Source: Tubulanus polymorphus (taxonomy: Eukaryota > Animalia > Nemertea). From it: a DNA stretch of 64,000 nucleotides. Position 1 is the stretch's first letter, and the number at the start of each line of letters is the position of its first letter. Below the pieces are notes generated by a model, which worked only from the letters and a program-made list of their open reading frames with translations, ran no database searches and was not told where the DNA came from. Both the position numbers and the translations under genes were made by a program. Shown piece by piece: positions 10,403-23,050 of this stretch. The stretch is taken from the NCBI RefSeq assembly GCF_964204645.1, contig NC_134032.1:3186175-3250174 (forward strand). Reading direction: 5' to 3'.

Positions 10403-12191
10403 GAATTGCTCACCATTTTGTGACTCCCAAAATTACGTCGGAGGTGCCGAAATTCCCGGAAATTCCCTCAGAAACACAAATATAGGTCAACACAAGTAAC
10501 TTGTAGAAAGCGAAGAATTTTCGATGATTTTCGCATTTTTCTCGAAAAATATTAGATTCACTTACTGGCCTGACCTCCGCGCATCAATTCTACTTGCTAG
10601 TATAACCACTAAATTTTGTGCCGCGATTTAACATACTCTTGGCACACTGCCAACCAACAGCCATAACAAAGGTTAACCAAAAATTCGGCTCGTTGCTAAG
10701 GGACTGTGCTTTTTGTGGGATTCGAATCCATTCTGAAAATTATACAAAATCATTTTGTAATCCTTTATTCACGTATTTAAACTACCCGCGCGACGCGGCC
10801 CGCAAGTTTCGACGAATGTGATACCGGCGTTAGTGGTACTGGGTTTTCGCTTTGCAATTTCCTTCCATAATTCAATTAAATTCGAGCAAACTTTTCCGAT
10901 ACGTAAATCAATTTTTAGTGAAATCAATACCATACACTCCTTCTGAACAAAATCGCAAGTAGAATACTCCCTCGTACTAAATTCGAGTCGTTTGGAGCTT
11001 TTAATCAACCGGACTGACTATACCAGTAAATATAAAATGGACTCCGGAGCTTCCTCGGTAACTGATCAGTGCTAATGATTGCTGTTGACTGAACTAACCT
11101 GACCAGGATAGTTTAAAATGTCACATATCACAGGGAAAATAACTGATTATAACTTATCAATGAAACTTCTGTCAAGAATCGTTTGGGTAGATGTTCGAAC
11201 GGATTGTTGTTTAGGATAATAAGGTCGGGTTTTGGCGACTGGAACATCGTTACAGCAAACTTAGATTACTAACGCTGCTCTTAACATGATTGATTTGTGA
11301 ACGCTGATTTGTGTTTGAGTTCACGTGAGTACGTCTAATCTAATCGATATTATATTATAATTGCGATGGTTCTAAAATATGTTGGCCAAAAACTATAACA
11401 GCAGTCCTCCACTTCATTATTCTACAGTAGATCTTTATTCAGGAAAAAGGCTTTTGAAACGACAAGTAAATAACGAAAATCCGGATAATATAGACCGTAG
11501 CAGCTTGGCTTGAATTTCCATGTATGCACACAAATTAATCCACTTTTAGTATATGTTGTTCCCAATTCAGACTACGGACAGAATGACTGAATGTCAAAAG
11601 ACTTCACCAAAGCTTGTCGGAATCAACGATTACTCTCTTTCTTCCTCAGTCCTATTCGATTTAGATTTAGCTTAGGCATGGCTTATATCTAATTCCTGTC
11701 TCATCCAGCTATAAACCTTTTGTCTGTACACATCTACCTTGACGGTTCGACAAACATTCACAATTTTCTCAAAACGCATTCGTCCAGGTGTCGCCACCTC
11801 TTGTGGCAGTGCTCCAGACATCATTTTTGAAATGAATTAGGGCGTCGTGTCTGAACAATCAGTTTTAGACAGACATTCACCATTTTGTGAAAAATGTGCT
11901 CGTCTAGACTTTGCCATTCGAAAGGTGATCGTCTGAGGGTTGTGTCGCTGCAGATTGACAGCTGCATAAAACTAACTTTGTTATAGTCACATTGACATCC
12001 GTAAGACAAGTTAAGATTTAAGAACAATCTTTGCATCTAGGAGCAGCATTGAAAAAATTAGGTCTAAGGAAAATGAGCTATCTTCTTTCTAACGAACGCA
12101 TAGAAATTCGTATTTCAAATGGGGCTTTTTGAATCCACAATTTGAATCGGTTACATGTGAACTTTGTACAAGGAGCTTTCATTTTAGTATT

Positions 12192-15100
12192 TCATTGTCG
12201 ACGACGTTTATATTTTGCCTGTATTGATTTCAAATCGATAGTCAGTATCGTGTAAAGAAGGGGATTCAGGGACGAGTTGATCGGCAAGAAAAGAACCGCC
12301 AGCCAAGCCGCCACCTGATTCGGTATGTCCACCCGGAACACCGCGCAAAACTGAACGGTTATTATCGGCAGCCAGCAAAATAAATTGGAAAGATTTATCA
12401 CCAAACTCCTACGCGCTAAAACCAATTCGGTAGGGTCGATTCTACCGGAGCCGGACCTGCTTCCAGATACGAGTCTGTACATCTGCGCATAAGTCGTCAT
12501 TATCGTAGCAAGTATTGCCGAGTTAGACACGGCAAAAATCGCCAGAGAATATTGCCAGGCGTGTACGTCAATGATGAGCAAATTCATAGGTAAACAAACT
12601 CCGGTTGTGCCATAGAAATTATGACCGAAGTACGGCAATTGTGAAAGCGGTGACAAAGAGATTAAAACAAGTATAAGCCAGCATATACAACAAATACCGG
12701 TGACGTGTTTTGGGGTTACGAAAAAACTGTCGGAAAATAGATCTGTGATATTCGAGTATCGATGACGTGTTAATACGAGCAGGAAAGTCAAAGAGCCTTC
12801 ACACGAAACGGTTACTAGAATCCCGGCAACACGACACAACGAACTGCCCGTCCACATTTCAGAATTTAAGAAATAAACGCCTTTGTAGACGTAATCGGCA
12901 CCCGCGATCAAGAATAAATAAATCGACATCAGGAAATCGCAAGCTGCGAGATTCATGATGAGGATATCAGAGGAACTGTTGTTTGTTTTGGATGATGATA
13001 GTCGAATGCGAAGTAAAATGACAACGCTGTTGGCGAAAGACTGAATGCAGCGATGACCCAGATGATCGCTCGGAGAACTGAATTACCCATCAGGTCGGAA
13101 CAGGAGGAAAATTGATCAGCTTCGGGAAGGCACTGGTCGACATTCGGAGCCATGCAGCAAAATTTGTACGCATCAGATTTTAGGGAGACTAGTGATGTCA
13201 GGTTACCGAAAGTATCATTGTCTGTAGAAATGTAATTTGAATTGATTGCTAAATCAAGATGCAAAAGTTCGTTTAAACCAGAGAAAGCATGTTTAGATAT
13301 TAAGTTGATTTTATTGCTGCTGATATTTAATGAAGTCATTGAGGACAGACCTGAGAATACTTTTGCACCAAGTACCGAAATGTGCAGTCCGTGCAGATCA
13401 AACATTGGAAGCGATCTTAAACCGCTGAAGCTTCCTTCTTCTAAATATCGAATTGGATTTTCTGTTATAAACAGTTCCTCCAGACTACCCAAGCCTAAAA
13501 ATGATTTCGCGTATAAGGATGTTATGTTATTGTTTGTAAGGTCTAAGGAGTTTAGATTACGCAGGTTTGAGAACGAGTTTGGCAAAACGTGCGATAAACC
13601 ATTGAAGGAGATATTGAGCGTACGAAGATAAACGAATGAAAAAAATGTCGACACATTGAAAATTACTCTGTTATTTGACAGCATTAGAATTCGAGTTGTA
13701 ATCGCTAGGAGGTCAGTGATATCGGTGAGGCCGACATTTCTACAGTGAACAGAATGACCTTGACATTGACAACGGTTAGGGCACGTGACGTTGCAGAAAG
13801 CCTCGTCATCGGTCGTATATTTACAATTCATAAAACCATCACAAACTTCCGATTGCGGAATGCATCGATTTTCGTGGCCACATTTAAACATTCCTGGACA
13901 TGAAAATGTCTCGCAATTGTGTTCATCTTCTGAATTGGGACAATCTGATTGACCATCACAGACCTGTCTGATCGGTATACAATACGATGTTGGACATTTT
14001 ACAGTACTAGCTGGGCATTCAAATTCTTCACATCTCAATACGTGCTCGAGATTTCTACAAACCGGGTAACCAGATGACATCCTTTCTAGAACACATCTGT
14101 GACGTCTAGAATAGCAATGCGGAGAATCGAAAGAACATCTTTGTTCATCAGATACCTCGCAAAGATTTGTGAAGTTGGTCACACAGTGATTCTCAATATT
14201 GCAATGAATCGTGGGATTTACTGTTACATTATTAGTTGATATTAATTCATCTTCTTCGAGACTCCCTCTGCAATCCACGACTCCATCCTGATACAACTGG
14301 GAACTGATACATTCTCCACTGTTACACATGAACCCCCCACATAGTTGAGTGGTGCAGTCAATTTCATCGGAGCCGTCTCGACAATTCATTACTCCGTCAC
14401 ATCTGTTAGACCTACTGACACATTGACCACTTTTACATCGGTATTGGCCGGGCGAACATGGAATATGGAAGCACGAGTTCTCATCGGAACCATCCGGACA
14501 ATCCTGTATGAAATCACAGAACCCACTTATCGATATGACCCGTCCATCGTTACAGCTGAACTGACTGTCTAGATGTATATCCGTACAGTTAAGTTCATCC
14601 TCACCGCGTTGACAGTCGTGTCTGGTATCACATACGCGATGGTCGCTGATACATCTTCCGTCGTTACATCGAAACTGCCACGATTTACAACCGCTTATAG
14701 AAGCTAACTCTTCATCAGTTACATTGTAGGAACACAAAACAGAATGTACAACGCCTATTTCTGTTGCGTTATCAATGGTTGGAGCAGACCAAACCAGTGA
14801 ATAAATATACGTGATTTCATCCCTGGTTAGTGTTGGCCTTATCGCTCTGAATCTGTTCCATCCATCAGTTACTAACACAGCGCCATATTGGTGTTGATAG
14901 TTAAACGTAGTGATAACGTTATTCACTTTATTGTCCGTTAAAGAAGTGAACGTGCCTATTTCACCACGAATAGCGCGACACATCTCCGTCGCTGTTTCGA
15001 TATCTAAACCTCGTTGTTTGTTCCAGTCTGTCAGTATTTGGTAGCACCGTCCGGCTATACCTAGCCAATTTCGGGTACAGGTTGAGTTTAAAGTGATAGT

Positions 15101-16842
15101 GTTTAGCGTCATATTGTCACTAATGGCTACTTCTGTTTCATTTGCAATCGTTGTTAGAATGTCCCCTTGCTTGTTATCATATCGATCTGATTCGCAAACA
15201 AAACTAGTGTGAACCTCCTCGATTTGACACGGGAATCGAACCCAGTTCGCCGATCCTCGCGGATTATTCAGTATCATCGCCGTACACGGCATATTGACGT
15301 CATTTATCGGTTGTTTTCGAGGAGGAGATATCAATCCATGAATAACTTCTGGTATCGTTTCGTTACTAGTAGGTTTATACCACTCCGTGTAGCTCAATGG
15401 TTTGCCATCAGTCCACGCGTAATGCCCATCAGTATTCGGCTGTAAAATACACAGTTAGTTTGTATGCCTCCTTTAGCAATTGAGTTTCCCTTTATGTTCA
15501 TGATTTCTAGAATCGTGTATCAATAATCGGTAAATTTTGCCTATTTACTATATGATCGGGGCCGTTCAAATAAGTTACAATTCGCTTAAAATGCCCCTGA
15601 ATAAAAAAGAAATTCTAGAATGGAATTTACCTGCAATTTCAATCCAATCATTATTACGAGCGCTTTCTGCGAATATGCCTCGTCCAGAAGTTTTGTCGCG
15701 AATAATCTTTTTATAGCCATCATTTCCTGTTCTGAGTTGATACTGAGTAGATGTCCCGCGTACTCATATCTACAGTGCGATTCAGCCTTCTCCCAATTCT
15801 GACGTTCGTGTCTGATGTATTTCACGCAAGAAAGATATCCAGACTCGATGAATCCAGATTTACAGCGATTACCTTCGCTTTCGGCTGCTTCTTTTAATAT
15901 AGTATATTGTATTTGGAACGTCGGCACTCGGTCTTTAAGCAGGAAAGAGACTCCATTGGCGATTAAACTGTGAAATACACTACCGAGTAATGAAAATTCA
16001 AGCGTACAGATTTTCGAGTCAAGTGATTGGCGCCGCGTGCTGCCAATCAACTGAGTGAACAAAATCGCATCTTTATCTCTTGGAGACGTTTTTGAGCACG
16101 GCGTTCTTTCTATGTGTTTGATAACGAATCTGTAATACCCCTGTTCATGTCTAGTTCTTGCTTCCATATCAATAAAGTCGAAGCGATAGATTTGAGAGCT
16201 TGTTAAGAAGCCCGCGAACCCCCGGATAGTTCGGCGACTGCATGATTCCGCATTTGTCTTTAAACCGTTCGAAAATTGTTCCAGCCCCGAATGTCCTAAC
16301 CTTTTTCAAACCTAGCTGCTGCACGGTAGTTTCTGATCACTAGGAAAACATCGATCGATCTGATATTCGTGTTCTGATAGTATATGAATGTTCTTCAAGT
16401 GAAGGCGTCGGTTTTCAGGCGTAATTACGACGCAGTGTGACGTAATATCGATCTGGCGTTCTCCTTCCTGAAGCATGTATCCCGTACAGTCCGTCGGTTG
16501 AAATCCTATATCTTGGTAATATCCGTCTTCCAACAACTGTCCGTCCCAGTTGTAAGCGTATGCTACTATAGTAACCGGGCCCCCTGATGTAATCAGACTG
16601 ACGACGTAACGGTCGTACCTGGTCGAAGTGGGAAAATACGGACCGTAGCGTCGGGCCGTTAAGTTACCCCCGTCGTATATGTAAAATCCGGCTCGTTCGC
16701 AGTCCTCCGATAAAATCAACATGCGTAATTCATCGTCGTTGATGTCGACCTCGGATGTGAACATTATTCTATCGACGCGATAAGAAATCGTCGGCTCGTT
16801 TCTCGCTCGGAACGTTGTAAAAAGTGGTAAATGATTCAAAGG
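12192..16842 (-). CDS. GRL101-like type C leucine-rich-repeat GPCR: CUB-like region, 2 C-type lectin-like domains, ~7 LDLa repeats, LRRNT/LRRs, 7TM. Exons 16842-15631 and 15439-12192; 5' exon(s) missing; small indels
   Basis: Phase-0 intron 15630-15440 (CAG|GTAAAT..TTTTACAG|) joins the CTL halves (NWEKAESHC..IGL|..WTDG..WVRFPC..FVCE). LDLa DCxDGSDE repeats; hinge FCC..C.P..DQFSSCSDLM; 7TM NLAACD..NSSLNPLLY. One T is missing at 13036-13038 in TM1; compensating indels near 16345 and 16303. Confidence 0.9.
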
Positions 16843-16935
16843 CTGCGGAGAAATATATTAAAAGTCGTTGGAAATGCATATTTTGGCGTTTCATGATATT
16901 TCGAAGAAAATAAAAATAAACTGTAGATCGTATTA

Positions 16936-17438
16936 CAGTGGAACCTCGTTAGTACGATTTGTGCGATGAAAAAAAAACGTGAGAGTCGCAGAGGCCGTAA
17001 TGGTTAAAGCCGCCAGTCATTGGTCTCGTCAATCCAGGGTTTATGGGTTCGAACCCTGGTGGCGACAGCGTTTCTTGGTCGAAGGTTCTTCTCTGGTCTC
17101 TCCCCCATTGGAAAAAGAAACATCGAACCCGCTCATAATGACCGTACTAACCGAATTTCGTAGTAACCCTCGTAAAACAAATCCTCAATTACCTCAATAT
17201 TTCATCTTTAGCTTAAAACGCCGTATCATACTCCTGCTATTTGTTTTCACTGTCAATTTAAAAAAGGGAACTCAAGTGGACGATAGTACTAATAGTCTTT
17301 ATTTACTATAGAAATGAATAGGAGATCGTGAAATTTTACATCGTATTACCGGGAATTTCGTATTAACGTGATTGCGACTAAGCCAACATTTACCGGTATA
17401 CAAATTTTTTCGCTGCACGCCGAATCGTACTAACCAGG

Positions 17439-17440
<2 letters not shown>
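16936..17440. mobile_element. Tc1/mariner (pogo/Tigger-like) MITE hosting a SINE; right TIR truncated at the (TA)n tract
   Basis: TA-cagtggaacctcgttagtacgatt ... aatcgtactaaccaggtt. Confidence 0.65.
16985..17135 (+). mobile_element. tRNA-derived SINE (tRNA-like head 16985-17066)
   Basis: A-box-like aggccgtaatgg, B-box gggttcgaaccc, acceptor-stem-like gtcgc/gcgac; anticodon arm irregular; nested in a MITE. Confidence 0.6.

Positions 17441-17529
<89 letters not shown>
17440..17529. repeat. (TA)n microsatellite, ~45 units
   Basis: Pure TA run. Confidence 0.99.
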
Positions 17530-17536
<7 letters not shown>

Positions 17537-18099
17537 CGCCTGGTTTATGCGATATTCGTCCTATGCATGGGTTACGGGGTTTTTAAGAAGGGCAGTGTTT
17601 TGTCAGGTATTCTGGAATAGATTTAGGTTTCCGTGGAAAATATAAAACAAATTTTGAAAATTTCACAAAAAAATAACTATATAAATTTTACAATATGCGA
17701 TACTGTATATATGTGCATTATGCGACTGTACGACAATGTGTCGGGAATATACGATACTATCCCTGTAATAATGCATGCAAAGTCCAAACGGAGGCAGTAA
17801 AAACGTTAATGGATAACTTCACACAAGGGTAGACGAATATAGATAACGCACTAAAATGTGAATATAATGATAACAATTGAATATATACGAATGTAACACT
17901 GTGGTACCAGATCAGAGTAAATGCATATAGGGCGAATTTTTTCTTTTTCTTCATAATTAGATTGGGTATATATGCAGCCTCTCATATTCTACTTCTGCAC
18001 TATGTATATCGAAAGATATTGTGAGTCTTAATTCCGAATCAAAATTTAACTCGATCTGGATAAACCACCAGGGCAAAGTTTAGGATGGTCTTGCCCTTT

Positions 18100-20970
18100 C
18101 TCGCATAACCCTAGTATTAATAATCAAAAATGGGGATTCGACCCTACATACCCATTCAATATTATCCAAAATATCGCAAATCCCATTTATATATAAATCA
18201 ACAATGAAATGTATGTTCCATGTGTCTTGTAAATTTAGAGAACACGGAAGAAAATAGATTGTTTGTTTTTCTGATTTTTTTTCTAATTCAACAAGCATTC
18301 GTTATATACTACACTAAGTCTGACACTCGTACGTTTATTTGGGCGTTGAGCCAAAATTGAATGTATCTAAAGTATTGTTGAATTTTATTCATTGAAACTG
18401 AACAACGCGCTCTGTATGATGTTCAGTGGGATTCGAAACTATAACAAATTCTTCATTCATCGCATAATCCAATTATATATGTAATCCGCATCATTTTGAC
18501 ACTCATACGTTTGATTGGGCGTTGAGCTAGAATTCGATATATCTTAATTATTGTTGAATTCGATTCTTTTAATACCAGAAATTAAGATAATAAGCACGAT
18601 AAACTGTACCAAATTAAACTTAAGACACATCAACTAAACCACCCTACAATTACAATCTCTTCATTCATCGCATAGTCCAATTATATACTGTAATGTGCAT
18701 CGCAAAACCCAGCTCAAATAATTTACCATAAAAAAATGTGAATTTCTATATGACATGATAATGAAGGAAATCTGTAACAAAATACCACCAACCATTCCAG
18801 AAGTTCTGCTATTGTATGTTCGTTAAAAAGATACTCTGTCGAGTAGCGAAAATGGGGATTCGAACTTACATACCTATTCGATTTTATCCAAGAATATCGC
18901 ACATCCCATTTTATATATTAAATCAACAAAGTCCCCCAACCTATTTCATATACACCTTTAATAATAATGTCCTAAAAAATAAGACGACCGATGAAACAGC
19001 TCACCAACACTACATAATACCAAATTCATTTGACGTGGATTCAAACCCACAGAACAGCTTACCAACACTACCTAATAACAACATACATACTAACATGAAG
19101 AACCCGAATTAAGGGAAATAAAGACCAAAAATTAAGATAATAAGCTCGATAAACTGTACCAAATTAAACTTAAGACACATCAACTAAACCTGAAAGAATA
19201 TTATTGAACAACGCACTCGGTACAATGCTTAGTGGGATTCGAACCTACAACAATCTCTTCTTCATCGCATAATCAAATTATATATAATCCGCATCGCATA
19301 ACCCATTTCATATATATATCACATGTTTTCCCATAGCAATATGAATTTATATTTTATAGATATTTGGTAGAGTAGCGAAAATGTGGATTCGAACCTACAA
19401 CCATTCAATATTATCCAAGAATAAAGCACATCCCACTTATATGTTAATCAATAAAATCCCACAATCAATTTCATATATAGCTTTAAACTTATCGTTCAAA
19501 ATTTTGAGCGCATTGCGTCAAAATGGAATTCATGTTCGATTTGTCTTAAGAATTTAGAGAGCATCGAAGAAAATGGATTATTCTGAAATATAATTTTTTT
19601 TCTAATTCAACATGCTCTCGTTATATACAAGACAAAGTTTGACACTCGTGCGTCTGATTGAGCGTTGAGCTAAAATTCGATGTATGTATTTTAACATTCC
19701 GTATTCTATTCTGTTTGAATTCTATTTTTTGAAACTGAACAACGTACTCTGTATGATGTTTCAGTGGGATTCGAAACTACAACAATCTCTTCATTCATCG
19801 CATAATCCAATTATATAATCCGCATCGCACAACCGATTCCATATATTAATATATATCACTGTTTCCCCCTTAGCAATATGAATTTACATATAACATGATA
19901 ATGTAGGAAAGTTTTAACCAAAACAAAAACCACCAACCTTTCAAGATAAGCTCTGCTTGTATGTTCGTTAAAAATGATACTTTGTAGAGTAGCGAAAATG
20001 GCGATTCGAACCTTCATAGCAATTTATTTTATCAAAAAATATCGCACATCCCATTTATATGTAAAACCTACGAAGTCTCTCGACCGATTTCATATACAAC
20101 TTAAATAGTATTTTCCAAAAACAAATTTAACTAAAGCCGCATCGACTAAACCTGAAAGAAAATTGTTGCCGGCGGGCAATTTCAATTATCGTTCAAAAGT
20201 TTGAGTGCATATTGTGTCAAGATTAAGTTCATGTTCGATGTGTCTCGAAAATTTAGAGAACACCGAACAAAATGGATTGTTTTTGTTTTGAAATTGATAT
20301 TGCTAATTCGACATGTTTTCTTCACATACGAGACAAAGTATGACACTCGTACGTTTGATTGGGCGTTGAGCTAGAATTCGATGTATCTTAATTATTGTTG
20401 AATTCTATTCTTTTAAACTGGACAACGCACTCGATACAATGTTCAGCGGGATTCGACCCTACAATTACAATCTCTTCATTCATCGCATAATCCAATTATA
20501 TACTGTAATGTACATCGCAAAACCCAGCTCAAATATATATATATATTATATATATATATATATATAATCTCACATATTTGCCATAAAAATGTGAATTTCT
20601 ATATGACATGATAATGAAGGAAATCTGTAACAAAATACCACCAACCATTCCAGAAGTTCTGCTATTGTATGTTCGTTAAAAAGATACTCTGTCGAGTAGC
20701 GAAAATGGGGATTCGAACTTACATACCTATTCGATTTTATCCAAGAATATCGCACATCCCATTTTATATATTAAATCAACAAAGTCCCACAACCCATTTC
20801 ATATACACCTTTAATATTAATGTCCTAAAAATAAAGAAAAATTAGACGCCCCATGAAACAGCTCACCAACACTACATAATACCAAATTCATTTGACGTGG
20901 ATTCAAACCCACAGAACAACCCACTCGGTAAAATGCTAAGTGGGATTCGAACCTACAACAATCTCTGGGT
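18100..20970. repeat. Complex tandem repeat, ~530-715 bp units with internal ggattcgaac subrepeats
   Basis: aaaatg.gattcga landmark recurs at ~18128, 18849, 19378, 19995, 20702; 18640-19060 is nearly identical to 20455-20920. Confidence 0.9.
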
Positions 20971-22504
20971 ACTTCTAAAGTACGAAACTACGAAATTAAG
21001 AAATACTATACGAAATGCTAAACTACGAAACGAAATGGTCATTTTTTTCGGGTCCTGCTTAAGTATAAAATGTAATACGAAACGAAAATTTTGTAATTTT
21101 TTGCGCTACTGATAGCAGCGGATTCGTGGAGCTGGCTTAAACATGCGCACCCGGTCTAGTGTGGCAGGGTTCCGTGCCGCGACTGAGTTAAGCGATGCCA
21201 TCAGGGAGAATGATCTGCGCATGCTCATATACAACTGGAAGGTAGCGATTAATAAATTACGGGTTAGAGGACGAAGTGTGCCTTAAAATATATCCTGCAG
21301 TGTTTAGGCTAAAAAATTGATACCTCGTTTCTCCTCTGCTGAGGAGCTTAAAAGTTGACCCGACCGGCCGCTAATCTACCATGTACATTAATTTTTTCTG
21401 AGCTAAATGATCTATACTAGACAGGTTCAGATATGTCGGCCCGTGTCCAACAAAAACGGGATAATCCTATCGCGGTTACGAGCTCGGTGTCGCGCGAAGC
21501 GCTTGCCTTTCCTTTCTGCTACATTATATCGGTCGGGCTAGTGACTAGCACGCTTGAGAGGGGCCGTCCATAAAGTACGTACGCTTTACTTCCTGGTATT
21601 TTTAACCCCACCCCTCCCCATGTACGCTCTCTGTACGGGTTTCCATAACCCACCCTTACGTACATACTTCTATGAATGACCCCCTCCCTGTAGATCCATG
21701 GCAAAATTCACCAGCATTCATCAGAGGAGCTCCAACGACGATGAACCGTCGTATCGACGAAGTGAAAGACCGAGAGTGGGGAATTCCCAAGAATACTTCT
21801 ACTCAATGAATACTCCCTCAAAGAAGGGTAAAGAAAAGAAAATTATAACATTTATAGGAACTTTTACAAAAAAATCAATTTATTAGAAAAATTTTGCAAA
21901 AATACAAAATTACAGTTTTTTAATACAGAACCTGTATGAGCTGAAGAAAACAAAATTATAAAAAGATATACATGAACACTCTGAGACAAGAAATTATGGT
22001 GGAAACAGGAGTGAACTAAGAAAATAAAGTAATTGACACATAAAAACATAAAATCTATCCATATTTGGAGACAAGAAGAGAACAACGGTGTATTGAGGAG
22101 AGCATCTTGACTAGGTACCTTCAGGAAAATAAAAATAAAATTACAGTTTTCAATAATGACAGAACACATAAGAAAAGAGATTTTAGAACAGAGAATCCAA
22201 AACTCATCGTTGGAGAGGCGATAGGGAGATATTTCCCAATAGCAAATATAATACCCGGCCGAAATGAGACAGGAAAATATTTTTAAAACATCCTGATATC
22301 CCAGGGCTTCGCTCACATCACATTAGGGTATACATGTAAATGCAAAAAGAAATCAATCAACATTTTTCTTTTAGCTTGTATATGACAGAAAAAGTTCACA
22401 TTTTAAAGGTGACTAATCAAAATACCAAAGGTAGAGTTTACAAAGAGCAGCCAAGCTCACGAAGAGTTGATCTGGCCTGCTCTGTTACATGAGGCTCAGC
22501 TTCT

Positions 22505-23050
22505 TTAGAAATGGTTAATTCTGCCGGAGTAAAGTTCACGTATTTCTTTTTTTAGACACGCAGTCTTAAGGCAGAAATATGTATTCTGTTCTTTGATTTC
22601 TGTTTTGCCATTGAGGAAAAACTCCCTCTCGCCAAATTTTCTGACTACAAAATCGTTTTTTTCTACAAATTTTTGTTGGCAACCATAACATTTTTGAGCC
22701 CTTGTTAGAAACAAAAATGTTATCTCGAATGGATGTGGGTCTCCATTAAGTTGCATCAGCTGTTGAAGCTGGCGAGCACTATCCACAGGAGGAGAATGAG
22801 TCCTTCCTCCATATCTAGGTTTAATTGGTTTCTTTTTGCCACCTTTAGGCACATTATAGAACAGTAAATTGTTCAAAGGAACAGATTTCTTGCTCTTCAA
22901 ATTTTCCAACATCTTTAATGATCCTAAATGCCATGCACCGAGGAGAACATGTGAACATAACATCTTATTGGCTTTAAACATTTGGCAGTCGCAGAATTAT
23001 TATCATAGAGCCAAGTGACTTGTCAAATTTCACGCGCCAACACTCACCTA
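22505..23050 (-). mobile_element. SWIM zinc finger plus CxxC zinc-finger coding fragment, probably MULE-type transposase C-terminus
   Basis: Upstream extension gives CDCQMFKANKMLCSH (CxC..CxH SWIM), then KCYGC...NTYFCL..AC; frameshifted; local CpG depletion differs from the flanks. Confidence 0.55.

Noticed and set aside
11821-12036. ORF downstream of the LGR stop with faint kinase C-lobe resemblance (VCL...RRPNS)
   Set aside because: No kinase motifs, and separated from the LGR by stops; treated as 3' UTR.
16985-17066. Functional tRNA gene
   Set aside because: Anticodon arm does not fold canonically and it sits inside a MITE; a SINE head is more likely.
17299-17620. YI-repeat ORFs
   Set aside because: Translation of the (TA)n microsatellite.
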